A stretch of 64,000 nucleotides of DNA from an uncultured Chloroflexia bacterium (GTDB lineage: Bacteria > Chloroflexota > Limnocylindria > Limnocylindrales > CSP1-4). Below the pieces are notes generated by a model that was not told where the DNA came from, did not search any database, and saw only the letters and a list, made by a program, of their open reading frames with translations. The position numbers and the translations under genes are program-made. The stretch spans positions 1,280,001-1,344,000 of the forward strand of contig CAVXPZ010000001.1 in the NCBI GenBank assembly GCA_963763775.1, written 5' to 3'. Shown piece after piece: positions 45,867-55,398 of the stretch (positions are counted from its first letter, which is position 1; each line of letters opens with the position of its first letter).

Positions 45867-45932
45867 GGTCTCGGCACCGTACGCGGCGCGCCACCGCGCG
45901 ACCACCGGACCTTCGTACGGGCGCGGGCGACC

Positions 45933-46268
45933 CTACTCGCTGATCTCGAGCGGGCCGTCGGGGACCTCGATCAGGACGCGACCGTCCTCGACGACGACCG
46001 GGTAGACGGCGAGCGGCGACTCGGCCGGCGGGTCGAGCGCCTCGCCGTTCTCGAGGTCGAAGCGCGACAGGTGGAGCGCGCAGGTCAGCGTCCCGGCCGT
46101 CAGGAACCCCTTGTCGAGCTCGAAGTACTCGTGCGAGCAGACGCCCTGGAGGGCGTGGAACTCGCCGTTCGTGTTCACCACCAGCACCTGGTCCGTGCCG
46201 TCCACGAACGTCATCTTCATCGTGCCCTCGGGCACCTCGTCGACGGCGATGAGGTCGATCCGCCTCAT
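45933..46268 (-). CDS. Rieske [2Fe-2S] ferredoxin
   Basis: CSH...CALH.SRFDL..G; directly downstream of sufD. Confidence 0.88.
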   Translation of the reverse strand: MRRIDLIAVDEVPEGTMKMTFVDGTDQVLVVNTNGEFHALQGVCSHEYFELDKGFLTAGTLTCALHLSRFDLENGEALDPPAESPLAVYPVVVEDGRVLIEVPDGPLEISE

Positions 46269-46296
46269 CGCGGCCGGCGCCCGGGTGATGGGGGCA

Positions 46297-47680
46297 TCAG
46301 GCGGCGGCCTCGGTGCCGTCCCCGGCGCCGGTCCCGGCCGCCCACTTCGACTCGAGCAGCTCGCGCAGGCGATCCTGGGCCTCGCCGAGCGGGACGCGCG
46401 CCACGACCGGCTCGAGGAAGCCGAGCACGATGAACTTGCGGGCTTCGTCGGGCGGGATGCCGCGGCTCTCCAGGTAGAAGAGCTGGGTCTCGTCGATCGG
46501 CCCGACCGAGCTGGAGTGCGCGGCACGCCGGCAGTCCGGCTGGTCGATCTCGAGGCTCGGGATCGCCACCGACCGCGCCGCCTTCGAGAGGTTCATCCCG
46601 AACTCGCCGAGGAAGCTGTCCGTGCCGACCGCGGTCTTCTCGATGGTGATGAGGCCCTTCATGTACGTCCGCGCGCGATCGAGGAGTGCGCCTTTCGAGA
46701 GCAGGTTCCCGGTCGTGTCTCGCCCGACATGCGTCGTGTACGAGGTGAGGTCGAAGAGCTGCTCGTCGCCGCCGAAGACGATCTCGACCTGCTCGACCGC
46801 GCTCCGGTCCCCGATGAGCCGGTTGTCGATCCGGCTGCGGACCAGCCGGCCGCCGAGCTGGGCCAGTGCCCAGTGGAGCGTCGCGCCCTCGCCGATCCGG
46901 GCGATCCGATGCTGGAACGCGATCACATCCGGGCCGAGCTCCTGGAGACCGGCCATCGCGAGCTTCGCGCCGGCCCCGAGCCGGACCTCGGTCGTCCCGG
47001 TGATGAGGCTCTGGCGGCCGGTCACGGCCTCGCCCGATGGCACGAGCTCCTCGACGAGGCTCGCCTCCGCGCCGTCGCCGAGCTCGATGACGGTCCGCGT
47101 GAGCAGTGCACGGTCCGGGGCGCCGACGGCCCAGCGGATGACGATCGGCCGCTCGACGCGGACGCCCGCGGGCACGCGCAGCACGACGCCCTGGTTCCAG
47201 CCGGCACGGGTCATCTGCGCGAGGCGATCGTCCTCGGGCAGCGACCCCGGCGTCGGCAAGCAGCGGTCGGGCCGCGCCCGGGTCGCGGGCGATGAAGGCC
47301 CCCAGCGATTCGATGGTGACGCCGGCCGCCGCGACCGCGGGGTCGAGGGCCATGGCCGCGATCGCGTCCTCGCGGAAGGAGGCCAACCCGGCGGTCCCGG
47401 GCTCGGGATCGGCCCCGCCGTCGACGTCGGCTGCGACGGCTGGCGCCTCGTAGGCGCGGACCGACTCGAGCGCCGCCGCCCGCAGGTCCACGTAGGTCGT
47501 GTAGAGCCGGTTGGACTCGACCGGGAGCGCGTTCGAGCGCTCGAGCGCGGCTCGGCGATCGTCGGTCAGCCACGCCGGCTCGGACGCGGCGGAGCGCTCG
47601 AGGAGGCCGTCGTCGAGCTGGAAGCTGAGGTCCGAGGGGGTCCGGCGAGGCGGGCGAGCGCGGGTGGCGGGTGCGCTCAC
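46297..47680 (-). CDS. sufD: Fe-S assembly protein SufD; apparent +1 frameshift near 47247
   Basis: SufBD beta-helix, PSLEI, H...VG.ID..QLFYL.SRGI; GTGA overlap with sufB. Confidence 0.9.
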
Positions 47681-49080
47681 CCGAGCGACCCCTCCATCTC
47701 GAGCTTCACGAGGCGGTTGAACTCGATGGCGTACTCCATCGGCAGTTCCTTGGTGAAGACCTCGAGGAAGCCCTGCACGATGAGGTTCGTCGCCTCGTTC
47801 TCGGTCAGCCCGCGGCTCATCAGGTAGAAGACCTGGTCGGCGCTGACCTTGCCGACGGTGGCCTCGTGGGACATCGTCGTGTCGTCTTCCTGGATGTCGA
47901 TGTAGGGGTACGTGTCGCTGCGGCTCTGGTCGTCGAGCATGAGCGCGTCGCAGCGCACGCTCGCGACGACGTTCGTCGAGCCGGGCGCCACCTTGAGCGA
48001 GCCGCGATACGTCGCCCGGCCGCCGTCCTTGGACACGGACTTGCTGACGATCCGCGAGCGGGTGTTCGGGGCGAGGTGGACCGCCTTGGCCCCCGTGTCC
48101 TGATGCTGGCCCTTGCCCGCGACGGCGACGCTGATGATGTCGGCCGTGGCGCCCTCGCCGCGGAGGTAGATGGCCGGGTACTTCATCGTGAGCCGCGAGC
48201 CGGTGTTCGCGTCGATCCACTCGACCGTGCTGTTCTCGTGCGCGTGGGCGCGCTTGGTCACGAGGTTGTAGACGTCGTTCGACCAGTTCTGGATCGTGGT
48301 GTAGCGGACCTTGGAACCCGGCAGGGCGATGACCTCGACGACCGCGACGTGCAGGGACTCGGTCGCGTAGATCGGGGCGGTACAGCCCTCGATGTAGTGG
48401 ACCTTGGCGCCCTCGTCGACGACGATCAGCGTCCGCTCGAACTGCCCGGTGTTCTCCCCGTTGATCCGGAAGTACGCCTGGAGCGGCAGCGGCACCTCGA
48501 CACCCTTGGGCACGTAGACGAACGACCCACCGGACCAGACGGCCGCGTTGAGCGCGGAGAACTTGTTGTCCTCGGCCGGGACGACGGTGCCGAAGTACTT
48601 GCGGAAGATCTCGGGGTATTCCTTGAGCGCCTGATCGGTGCCCATGAAGACCACGCCGAGCTTGGTGAGTTCCTCCTTGACCGAGTGGTAGACCACCTCG
48701 GAGTCGTACTGCGCGCCGACACCGGCAAGGAACTTGCGCTCCGCCTCGGGGATCCCGAGCTTCTCGAACGTCGCCTTGATCTGATCGGGGACGTCGTCCC
48801 ACGACTTCTCTTCCCGCTCGGACGGCTTGCGGTAGTAGACGATGTTCCCGAAGTCGATCTTCGAAAGGTCGCCGCCCCACGTCGGCAGCGGACGCTTCAG
48901 GAAATGGTCGTACGCGCGGAGGCGGTACTGGAGCATCCAGTCCGGCTCTTCCTTGAACCGGCTGATCTCCTCGACCGTCTCACGGGTCAGGCCGCGCTTC
49001 GTCTCCTGCAGGTAGACGATGTCGTCGTGGAAGGCGAACTGGTCGCGCTGGTCGGTGACGATCTCGCGGGCGGCGGTCAT
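47677..49080 (-). CDS. sufB: Fe-S assembly protein SufB
   Basis: [29 protein letters not shown] and ELPMEYA.E. Confidence 0.96.
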   Translation of the reverse strand: MTAAREIVTDQRDQFAFHDDIVYLQETKRGLTRETVEEISRFKEEPDWMLQYRLRAYDHFLKRPLPTWGGDLSKIDFGNIVYYRKPSEREEKSWDDVPDQIKATFEKLGIPEAERKFLAGVGAQYDSEVVYHSVKEELTKLGVVFMGTDQALKEYPEIFRKYFGTVVPAEDNKFSALNAAVWSGGSFVYVPKGVEVPLPLQAYFRINGENTGQFERTLIVVDEGAKVHYIEGCTAPIYATESLHVAVVEVIALPGSKVRYTTIQNWSNDVYNLVTKRAHAHENSTVEWIDANTGSRLTMKYPAIYLRGEGATADIISVAVAGKGQHQDTGAKAVHLAPNTRSRIVSKSVSKDGGRATYRGSLKVAPGSTNVVASVRCDALMLDDQSRSDTYPYIDIQEDDTTMSHEATVGKVSADQVFYLMSRGLTENEATNLIVQGFLEVFTKELPMEYAIEFNRLVKLEMEGSLG

Positions 49081-49142
49081 TCGATCCTCGGTCCTCAGGG
49101 TCACGGCTCGTGGCCGCGGGCGGGCTTGCAGCCAGCGATTTG

Positions 49143-49184
49143 AATTCCGAGTCAGATTATCGGGATTACGGGTCGGACCGTCAA
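49143..49184 (-). promoter_or_regulatory. suf promoter with overlapping palindromic operator
   Basis: TTGACG-N17-GATAAT; 25-bp imperfect palindrome AATCCCGA-N9-TCGGAATT covers the -10 box. Confidence 0.65.
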
Positions 49185-49362
49185 CGACGGGGGTCAGGAC
49201 GCCGCGCCGTGGTGACAGCTGGCACCGCTCGTCGGGCCATCTTCATGCGTGATTCGGGACCTCGACCCTACAATCGGGTCCCCGGACGGCACCAGATGGG
49301 CCATCCATGTCCCGCGACCCGGCAGGCCGCCGGGTGGGCGGCGACCGGAGCAAGAGGCGCGA

Positions 49363-50550
49363 GTGAGGGACACACGGGTCCGCCGCATGGCGGTCGGACC
49401 ACTCGCGATCGGGCTGGTGCTGCTCCTCGCCGCGCAGGTCGTCGGCCTGAGCTGGACCGGCGACCGCGCCCTCACGGCGTCGGGCGGTGCGTACGCCTAT
49501 GGCGGCGGGCTCGCCGTCTCCTCCCCGACCGTGGCGCACGCCGTGTACGAGCAGAAGGTGCTCGGCGCCTTCGTGGTGTTCTACCGACGGTCCGCGACCT
49601 CGGGGACGACGTGGGGGACGCCGATCCAGCTGTCCCGACGCAACGTCGGCGCGGCCGGCGCCCCGTCGATCGATGCGGCCGGCAGCAAGGTGGACGCGGT
49701 CTGGGTCGAGGGCGACAAGATCATCAGCGGCCTCGATTCGGTCGTGATGTACCGGCGAAGCACCGACGGCGGCAAGACGTGGAAGGCGCCGATCCAGCTC
49801 TCGCCGACGCTCGGCTCCGCGGGTCTGCCGCGAGTCCTGCGCGGGCCGGCTGGACGCGTCCTCGTCACGTGGACCGACGAGGTCTCGGGCGTCATCTCCG
49901 TCCGCGCGAGCACGAACGGCGGGGCCTCGTTCGGTGCCGCGAAGGTCCTGGCCCGGACGTCGAACCACCCGCTGAAGGACCGATCCCTGTCGGAGGCCTA
50001 CCCGACGCTCGCGTCCGGGACCGGCGTCATCTACGCGGCGTATGCGGCGGGCCCGAAGACCATCCGACTGCGCCGCTCGACCGATGGCGGCGCCCACTGG
50101 AGCAAGGCCGTCACGCTCGCGACGAACGCATCCGGACAGGGGCTGTCGGTCGCCGCCCACGGCTCGACCGTCGTCGTGGGCTATGCCGCGACCAGCGGGG
50201 GGGACGCGTGGGCGGTCGTCCGCCGAAGCGGCACCAAGGGCGTCCGATGGGGCGCCGCGGGTGCGCTGGCGGCGCGGTCCGGGGCGCCCAGCTCAGCACC
50301 CGTGATCACCTATCGCGCCGGGGCGTTCCATGCCGCGTTCGAGAAGTGCCTGTCTGACGCCTGCTCGAGGAGCGCCGTCTACTACCGCCGGAGCGCGGGA
50401 GGCAGCACCTGGTCGAAGGCGGTCGCGGTGTCGGTCCGCAAGCGCAGCTTCGACTACCCCGTCGATGTCGACGTCGCGACCAAGGTCCTGGTGCTCTACG
50501 ACGATGTGAACGGGTCGGCGGGCGACGTGTACGTCCGCCAGGGGCACTGA
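49363..50550 (+). CDS. Secreted BNR/Asp-box (sialidase-like) beta-propeller protein
   Basis: Signal peptide; repeats STDGGKTW, STNGGASF and STDGGAHW; start approximate. Confidence 0.75.
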   Translation: MRDTRVRRMAVGPLAIGLVLLLAAQVVGLSWTGDRALTASGGAYAYGGGLAVSSPTVAHAVYEQKVLGAFVVFYRRSATSGTTWGTPIQLSRRNVGAAGAPSIDAAGSKVDAVWVEGDKIISGLDSVVMYRRSTDGGKTWKAPIQLSPTLGSAGLPRVLRGPAGRVLVTWTDEVSGVISVRASTNGGASFGAAKVLARTSNHPLKDRSLSEAYPTLASGTGVIYAAYAAGPKTIRLRRSTDGGAHWSKAVTLATNASGQGLSVAAHGSTVVVGYAATSGGDAWAVVRRSGTKGVRWGAAGALAARSGAPSSAPVITYRAGAFHAAFEKCLSDACSRSAVYYRRSAGGSTWSKAVAVSVRKRSFDYPVDVDVATKVLVLYDDVNGSAGDVYVRQGH

Positions 50551-50554
50551 CGCG

Positions 50555-52738
50555 ATGTCGATGGTTCGTCGGGTCCGGACCGTCGTGGTTCTTGCGGTCG
50601 TGCTCGCCGCGGCGGTCCCCGGCGTCGCCCGGGCCACCTGGACGTCGACCGAGGTCACCTCGAACACGCATTTCGACGAACCCGCGCTGACGCTCGACGC
50701 GCACGGCGACGCCCACGTCGCTTACATCGCCTACGGCGATCGGCCGGGGTTGTTCTTCGCCACGGACGCGTCCGGCTCCTGGGACTCGACGCGCCTGACG
50801 ACGGCGCGGGACGAGGCTCCGGCGATCGCCGTCGACGGTGACGGCCACGACCACATCGCGTTCGTCCGCTACGGCGCCGATGCCGGCCTCTACTACGCCA
50901 CGGATCGGACGGGCGACTGGATCGTGACCCGCCTTTCGGACGAGCCCGCCGACGCGCCGTCCATCGCCCTCGATGCCGACGGCCGTGCCCACATCGCGTT
51001 CGCCAGCGGCTCCTTCGACCCGGGGATCGTCGCCTTCGACGACTCGACGGGCGACTGGGTGCGGAGCCAGGTCACGCAGGCGCCCCTGGACGGCTCGACG
51101 TCGATCGTGGTCCTCGCGGACGGCACGTCGCGGATCGCCTTCGCCCGATACGCGCCGGAGGCGCCCGGGATCTACGTCGCCTCCACCAGGGCCGTCGGTG
51201 GCGCGTGGTCGCTCGAACGCGTGACCACGGCCTACGACGATGAGCCATCGCTCGCCGTGCGGTCCCCGGCCGAGGTGGACGTGGCGTTCATCCGCTTCCA
51301 GTCGACCGGGCGCGGCCTGTACGTCGCGACCCGGACGACCGCGGCGATCGGCGACTGGACGACGACCGCCCTCTCGGTGGACAGCGCGCGCTACTACGAC
51401 CGGCCGTCCATGGCCGCGGGCGCCGACGGACGCGCCTCGATCGTGTATTCGCTGGCGAGCAGCACGGGCGACCCGTTGGGGCTGTTCGTCGCCCGGCAGT
51501 CCGCGTCCGGGTCGTGGTCCTCGGGCGACGCGCTGACGAGCCAGGGGCGCTCGGATGACTGGCCGTCGCTGGCGCTGGATGCGACCGGCGAGGAGCACGT
51601 CGCCTTCGCTGAAGCCGACATCGGCCCGAACCCTGGCGTCTACGTCGGGGACTCGGTGTCCTTCGATCTGGTCGCCGGCTCCACGGTCGATAGCGACGTC
51701 TCGTTGACGGTCGCCGACGGCGGGACGCAGGTCGCGTTCAAGCGGCTCTCGGACGGCCCCGACCGCGGCATCCGAGCCGGACAGCAGGCATCCGGGACGT
51801 GGCGCTTCGAGGCGGCGTCGAAGGACCCCTCCGCGCCGAGCGTCGTGGTCGACGACGCGTGGCACGCCAGGATCTTCACGGGTGACCTCGAGCTGACCGA
51901 GTCGACCGGTGCCTGGGCGCGCACGACGCTGGGCCTGGGCGGCAGCGGGCTTCGCGCGACGCTCGGCCCGGACGGGCATGCCTGGCTCGCCTATCAGGAA
52001 GGCCCCGACCGCCCGATGATCGCGACCGACCGGTCCGGGACGTGGGAGACGGCCAAGGGATTCTTCGGGTTCGCCGGTTCCGGCGCCGTCGCCATCGGGC
52101 CGGACGGCCGGATCCACTGGGTCATCGCCGGCGACACCCTCGCCTACGAGACCGCCATGTCCATCGACGGCACGTGGACCGAGAAGGGCCTCGGCCGGCA
52201 GGCGACCGATCCGAGCATCGCGGTCGACGCCGCGGGCAAGGTCCACATCGTGTGGCGCCGGACGACCTCGGACGAGGGCACGTACTACACGACCAACGCC
52301 TCCGGGTCCTGGGTGACGACCCGCCTGACGCGGACCTCGGCCGAGGGCGCCCCGGCGCTCGCGCTCGACGCGACCGGGCATGTCTACGTCGCCGTGGTCC
52401 GCGCCTACTGGGCGGCCGACCCCGGCCTGTACCTCGTGACCGACCGAAGCGGCAGCTGGGCAACCACCCGGATCGAGGGCTCGTTCGATGCCATGGACCC
52501 GCAACTCGCGGTCGATGCGACCGGACGAGCCACGATCGTCCTGGGCCGCGACCACGCGGGCCTCCGCGAGTTCCACGAGACGGGCGCCGCGGCCACGACG
52601 GCGTCGGGGCGCTCGGCGCGGTACCGCGAGGTCGACCTGGGGCCGGAGCGCGCCCGGGCTGGCGGACGCCTCCAGACGACGGACTCGTCCGGCCCGGCGA
52701 CGGCCCCGCACACCTCCCCGGCCGGCGGCACGCCCTAG
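50555..52738 (+). CDS. Secreted repeat (beta-propeller-like) protein
   Basis: Signal peptide (ARA); many ~45-aa repeats of the form P.IA.D..G..HIA......L.YATD.SG.W. Confidence 0.75.
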   Translation: MSMVRRVRTVVVLAVVLAAAVPGVARATWTSTEVTSNTHFDEPALTLDAHGDAHVAYIAYGDRPGLFFATDASGSWDSTRLTTARDEAPAIAVDGDGHDHIAFVRYGADAGLYYATDRTGDWIVTRLSDEPADAPSIALDADGRAHIAFASGSFDPGIVAFDDSTGDWVRSQVTQAPLDGSTSIVVLADGTSRIAFARYAPEAPGIYVASTRAVGGAWSLERVTTAYDDEPSLAVRSPAEVDVAFIRFQSTGRGLYVATRTTAAIGDWTTTALSVDSARYYDRPSMAAGADGRASIVYSLASSTGDPLGLFVARQSASGSWSSGDALTSQGRSDDWPSLALDATGEEHVAFAEADIGPNPGVYVGDSVSFDLVAGSTVDSDVSLTVADGGTQVAFKRLSDGPDRGIRAGQQASGTWRFEAASKDPSAPSVVVDDAWHARIFTGDLELTESTGAWARTTLGLGGSGLRATLGPDGHAWLAYQEGPDRPMIATDRSGTWETAKGFFGFAGSGAVAIGPDGRIHWVIAGDTLAYETAMSIDGTWTEKGLGRQATDPSIAVDAAGKVHIVWRRTTSDEGTYYTTNASGSWVTTRLTRTSAEGAPALALDATGHVYVAVVRAYWAADPGLYLVTDRSGSWATTRIEGSFDAMDPQLAVDATGRATIVLGRDHAGLREFHETGAAATTASGRSARYREVDLGPERARAGGRLQTTDSSGPATAPHTSPAGGTP

Positions 52739-52796
52739 ACCCCGTCGGTCCAGCGGTCTTCCCGCCGTACCGCGAAGGCCGCGGTACGATGCCGCC

Positions 52797-53246
52797 ATGG
52801 CGAAGATCCACTACGAGGCGGACGGCGACATCCCGGCGGCGCGGTTCATCGCGGCCCTGACGGATTTCAGCGAGCGGCGCCCGGAGCTGTGGCCGAATCT
52901 CGACACGAAGTACTTCCGGCTCCATGAGCTCGGCGACTCTTGGGCCGAGGTCACCGAAGGGACCGATGTGCTCGGCGGCGTCTGGGCGCGCGAGCACTAC
53001 GACTGGTCGGAGCCAGGGCGTGTCACCCTCAGGCTCGTGGAAGCCGTCGACTTCAAGCCGGGCACCCGGATCGACTACCGGATCACGGATCGGCCCGGTG
53101 GCGGCTGCCACGTCTCGGTGGACTTCCAGCGGACCGCGGTCAGCCTGCGCGGCCGGGTGGTCGGCGTGGCCGTGGCGCTCGGGGGCGCGCGTCAGTTCTC
53201 GGGCCAGCTGCGAGAAACGCTGGCCCGACTGGCGGCGATGCCCTAG
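52797..53246 (+). CDS. SRPBCC/polyketide cyclase-like protein
   Basis: ALTDFS.RRPELWPN, EVTEG and WAREHYDW; leaderless start. Confidence 0.7.
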   Translation: MAKIHYEADGDIPAARFIAALTDFSERRPELWPNLDTKYFRLHELGDSWAEVTEGTDVLGGVWAREHYDWSEPGRVTLRLVEAVDFKPGTRIDYRITDRPGGGCHVSVDFQRTAVSLRGRVVGVAVALGGARQFSGQLRETLARLAAMP

Positions 53247-53256
53247 CGATCCCGGG

Positions 53257-53730
53257 TCAGGCGGGGACGGCTGCCGGCACCTCGTCGACGATGGACGCCG
53301 CGTGATCCGCAGCGTCCGCCATGGCCTCGCGTACCGGGTCGGCGATCTCATCCGCGCTGTCGGACGCCGACGACCGCATGCTGTCGACCCGTTCGCGCGC
53401 GACCCGGGCGGCCCGGTCGGCTCGCTCCTGGACGGCGGGGTTCCGCACGATCGCCACGATGACGACGGCAAGCAGCGCGGCGATCCCCATCGCGATCGGC
53501 CAGCGCGGGCGACGGATCGGGCGAAGGACCCCGAGCGTCGCGGCGACGCCGGCGATGGCCTTCCCGAGGTCGATCCGCGGCAGGGTCAGTTCGCTGGGAT
53601 CGGCCGAGAGACGCGGCATCTCGACCTCAGGCAGGCGGATCTCCGAGAGGGCGCGGACGATCTCGTCGCGCTGCAGTTCCGGGAGATGGAGCTCCGGGAT
53701 CCGGATCTCCTTGACGGTCAGCTCAGGCAT
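53257..53730 (-). CDS. Hypothetical single-TM protein
   Basis: GAGGAGGG RBS; PE-hydrophobic repeats (IRIPELHLPE, IRLPEVEMP); one TM. Confidence 0.65.
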   Translation of the reverse strand: MPELTVKEIRIPELHLPELQRDEIVRALSEIRLPEVEMPRLSADPSELTLPRIDLGKAIAGVAATLGVLRPIRRPRWPIAMGIAALLAVVIVAIVRNPAVQERADRAARVARERVDSMRSSASDSADEIADPVREAMADAADHAASIVDEVPAAVPA

Positions 53731-53840
53731 GGCAGCCCTCCTCGAGTGGTGGCGTCAAGGATACCCCCGACACCACACGGCGCGACCTTGCAACCGGCCC
53801 GTCCGACGTGCCATCCGGCTCTCGAACCGAGCCGGTGGCG

Positions 53841-53866
53841 GGTTTCATCCGGTCGGGGTGATGCCG
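53841..53866. promoter_or_regulatory. Palindromic box, copy 1 (candidate site for the MalT-like regulator)
   Basis: GGTTTCATCCggtcgGGGTGATGCCG; 21/26 identical to 63257-63282. Confidence 0.65.
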
Positions 53867-53951
53867 CCGCGACCACGATGGTGTGCCATGCGGGTACGAT
53901 CGACGGACCGACCGGTCACGGTCGAAGCAGGATCAGCATCTGGAGGGATCC

Positions 53952-55286
53952 GTGAGCCGACGACGCCGATTCCTCGCGGCCGGAGCCGGCGTCGCGGCGT
54001 CCGCCACGGTCCTTGCGCGACGCTCGAAGCGGGCCACCGCCTTCCCGCCCGGTCCGGATGCCCTCACCCCCCAGCTGGCCCGTGACCGAGCGGCGACGCT
54101 CCTCCAGCAGCCGTCGCTCCGGCGTCGCGACCTGGCCATGGACTTCGCGCCGGCGATCGCCACGTCGGTCGACCCGCTGCTGCACGGGCGCCGCTACTTC
54201 CCCAGGATGCTCGACGACATCAGGGCCGCGACGGACCACGTCCACCTGCTGATCTATGGCTACAAGCCGGGCGAGATCGGGACGACGTTCCTCGAGGTCC
54301 TGGCCGCCAAGGTCCGTGACGGGGTCGAGGTCCGCCTCGCGGTGGACGCGATCGGCAGCGAGATCGATTTCGGCAGCAAGGCGCTGTTCCGCGACCTCGT
54401 GGCGGCCGGCATCCAGGTCGTCGCCGCGGACGGGATCGTCGTGTTCCGCGAGGGGGAGATCGGTGCGCGGCGAGCCGCCGTCCGCTTCGAGAACACGCTC
54501 CATTTCAACCATCGCAAGATGGCCGTCATCGATGGCCGCATCGGCTACGTCGGCGGGACCGGGATCGAAGACCACTACAACGACGAGCGGTTCTATGACG
54601 TCATGTGCCGGGTCACCGGCCCGATCGTGGCGCAGCTCCAGCTCGTCTTCCTCGCGACCTGGCGCCATGACGGCGGCGACGCCTCCTCCGAGCCCGAGGC
54701 GCTGGACCGGTGGTTCCCCGCCGATGCCCTCGATGTCCCGGCCGATGCCGCCTGGCAAGCGCCCACGACCATCCTGTGGAACGTTCCGGGCACGGGCCAT
54801 CATCCGATCAGCGACGCGATCGAGGCGTCGCTCGCGTCAGCTACCCGGCGGATCCACATCGTCAACCCGTACATCAGCAATCGCGCGATCCTCGCGGGCA
54901 TCCTCGCGGCCGCGCAGCGGGGGGTCTCGGTCGAGCTGGTCGTGCCGGGCAAGCCGACGCCCCCCTACCCCGGGGCCGCGTTCCAGCATCACTACGAGCG
55001 CCTGCTCGACGCCGGGGTGACCATCCTGCTGCACCCCGACATGGCCCACGCCAAGGTCCTGATCATCGACGACCGCGTCTTCATCGGCGGGTGCAACCTC
55101 GACGACCTGTCGCTCTTCCGCAACGACGAGATCGACCTCCTGTTCGAGGATCCCCGGGTCGTGGACCTGACCGAGCGCCAGGTCTTCGAGGAACTCGTCG
55201 GGATGTCCGCGCCCGCCGAGATCCCGACCGACCCCAAGGCTCGAGCCTGGAACGCCGCGATGGACCGCGTCTCGAGGCTCCTCTAG
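53952..55286 (+). CDS. Phospholipase D / cardiolipin synthase-like protein, possible Tat signal
   Basis: Two HKD motifs (HRKMAVID, HAKVLIID); N-terminal SRRRRFL; GGAGGG RBS. Confidence 0.85.
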   Translation: MSRRRRFLAAGAGVAASATVLARRSKRATAFPPGPDALTPQLARDRAATLLQQPSLRRRDLAMDFAPAIATSVDPLLHGRRYFPRMLDDIRAATDHVHLLIYGYKPGEIGTTFLEVLAAKVRDGVEVRLAVDAIGSEIDFGSKALFRDLVAAGIQVVAADGIVVFREGEIGARRAAVRFENTLHFNHRKMAVIDGRIGYVGGTGIEDHYNDERFYDVMCRVTGPIVAQLQLVFLATWRHDGGDASSEPEALDRWFPADALDVPADAAWQAPTTILWNVPGTGHHPISDAIEASLASATRRIHIVNPYISNRAILAGILAAAQRGVSVELVVPGKPTPPYPGAAFQHHYERLLDAGVTILLHPDMAHAKVLIIDDRVFIGGCNLDDLSLFRNDEIDLLFEDPRVVDLTERQVFEELVGMSAPAEIPTDPKARAWNAAMDRVSRLL

Positions 55287-55398
55287 GTCACCGCGATGCG
55301 CCGCTTCTCGTCCCCGACGGGCGCATGGACGTCCTGTATCGTGCCCTCCCGTCCCCAGTGAGTGAGGAGATCAGACGAATGACCACGGGTCCCCGCAC

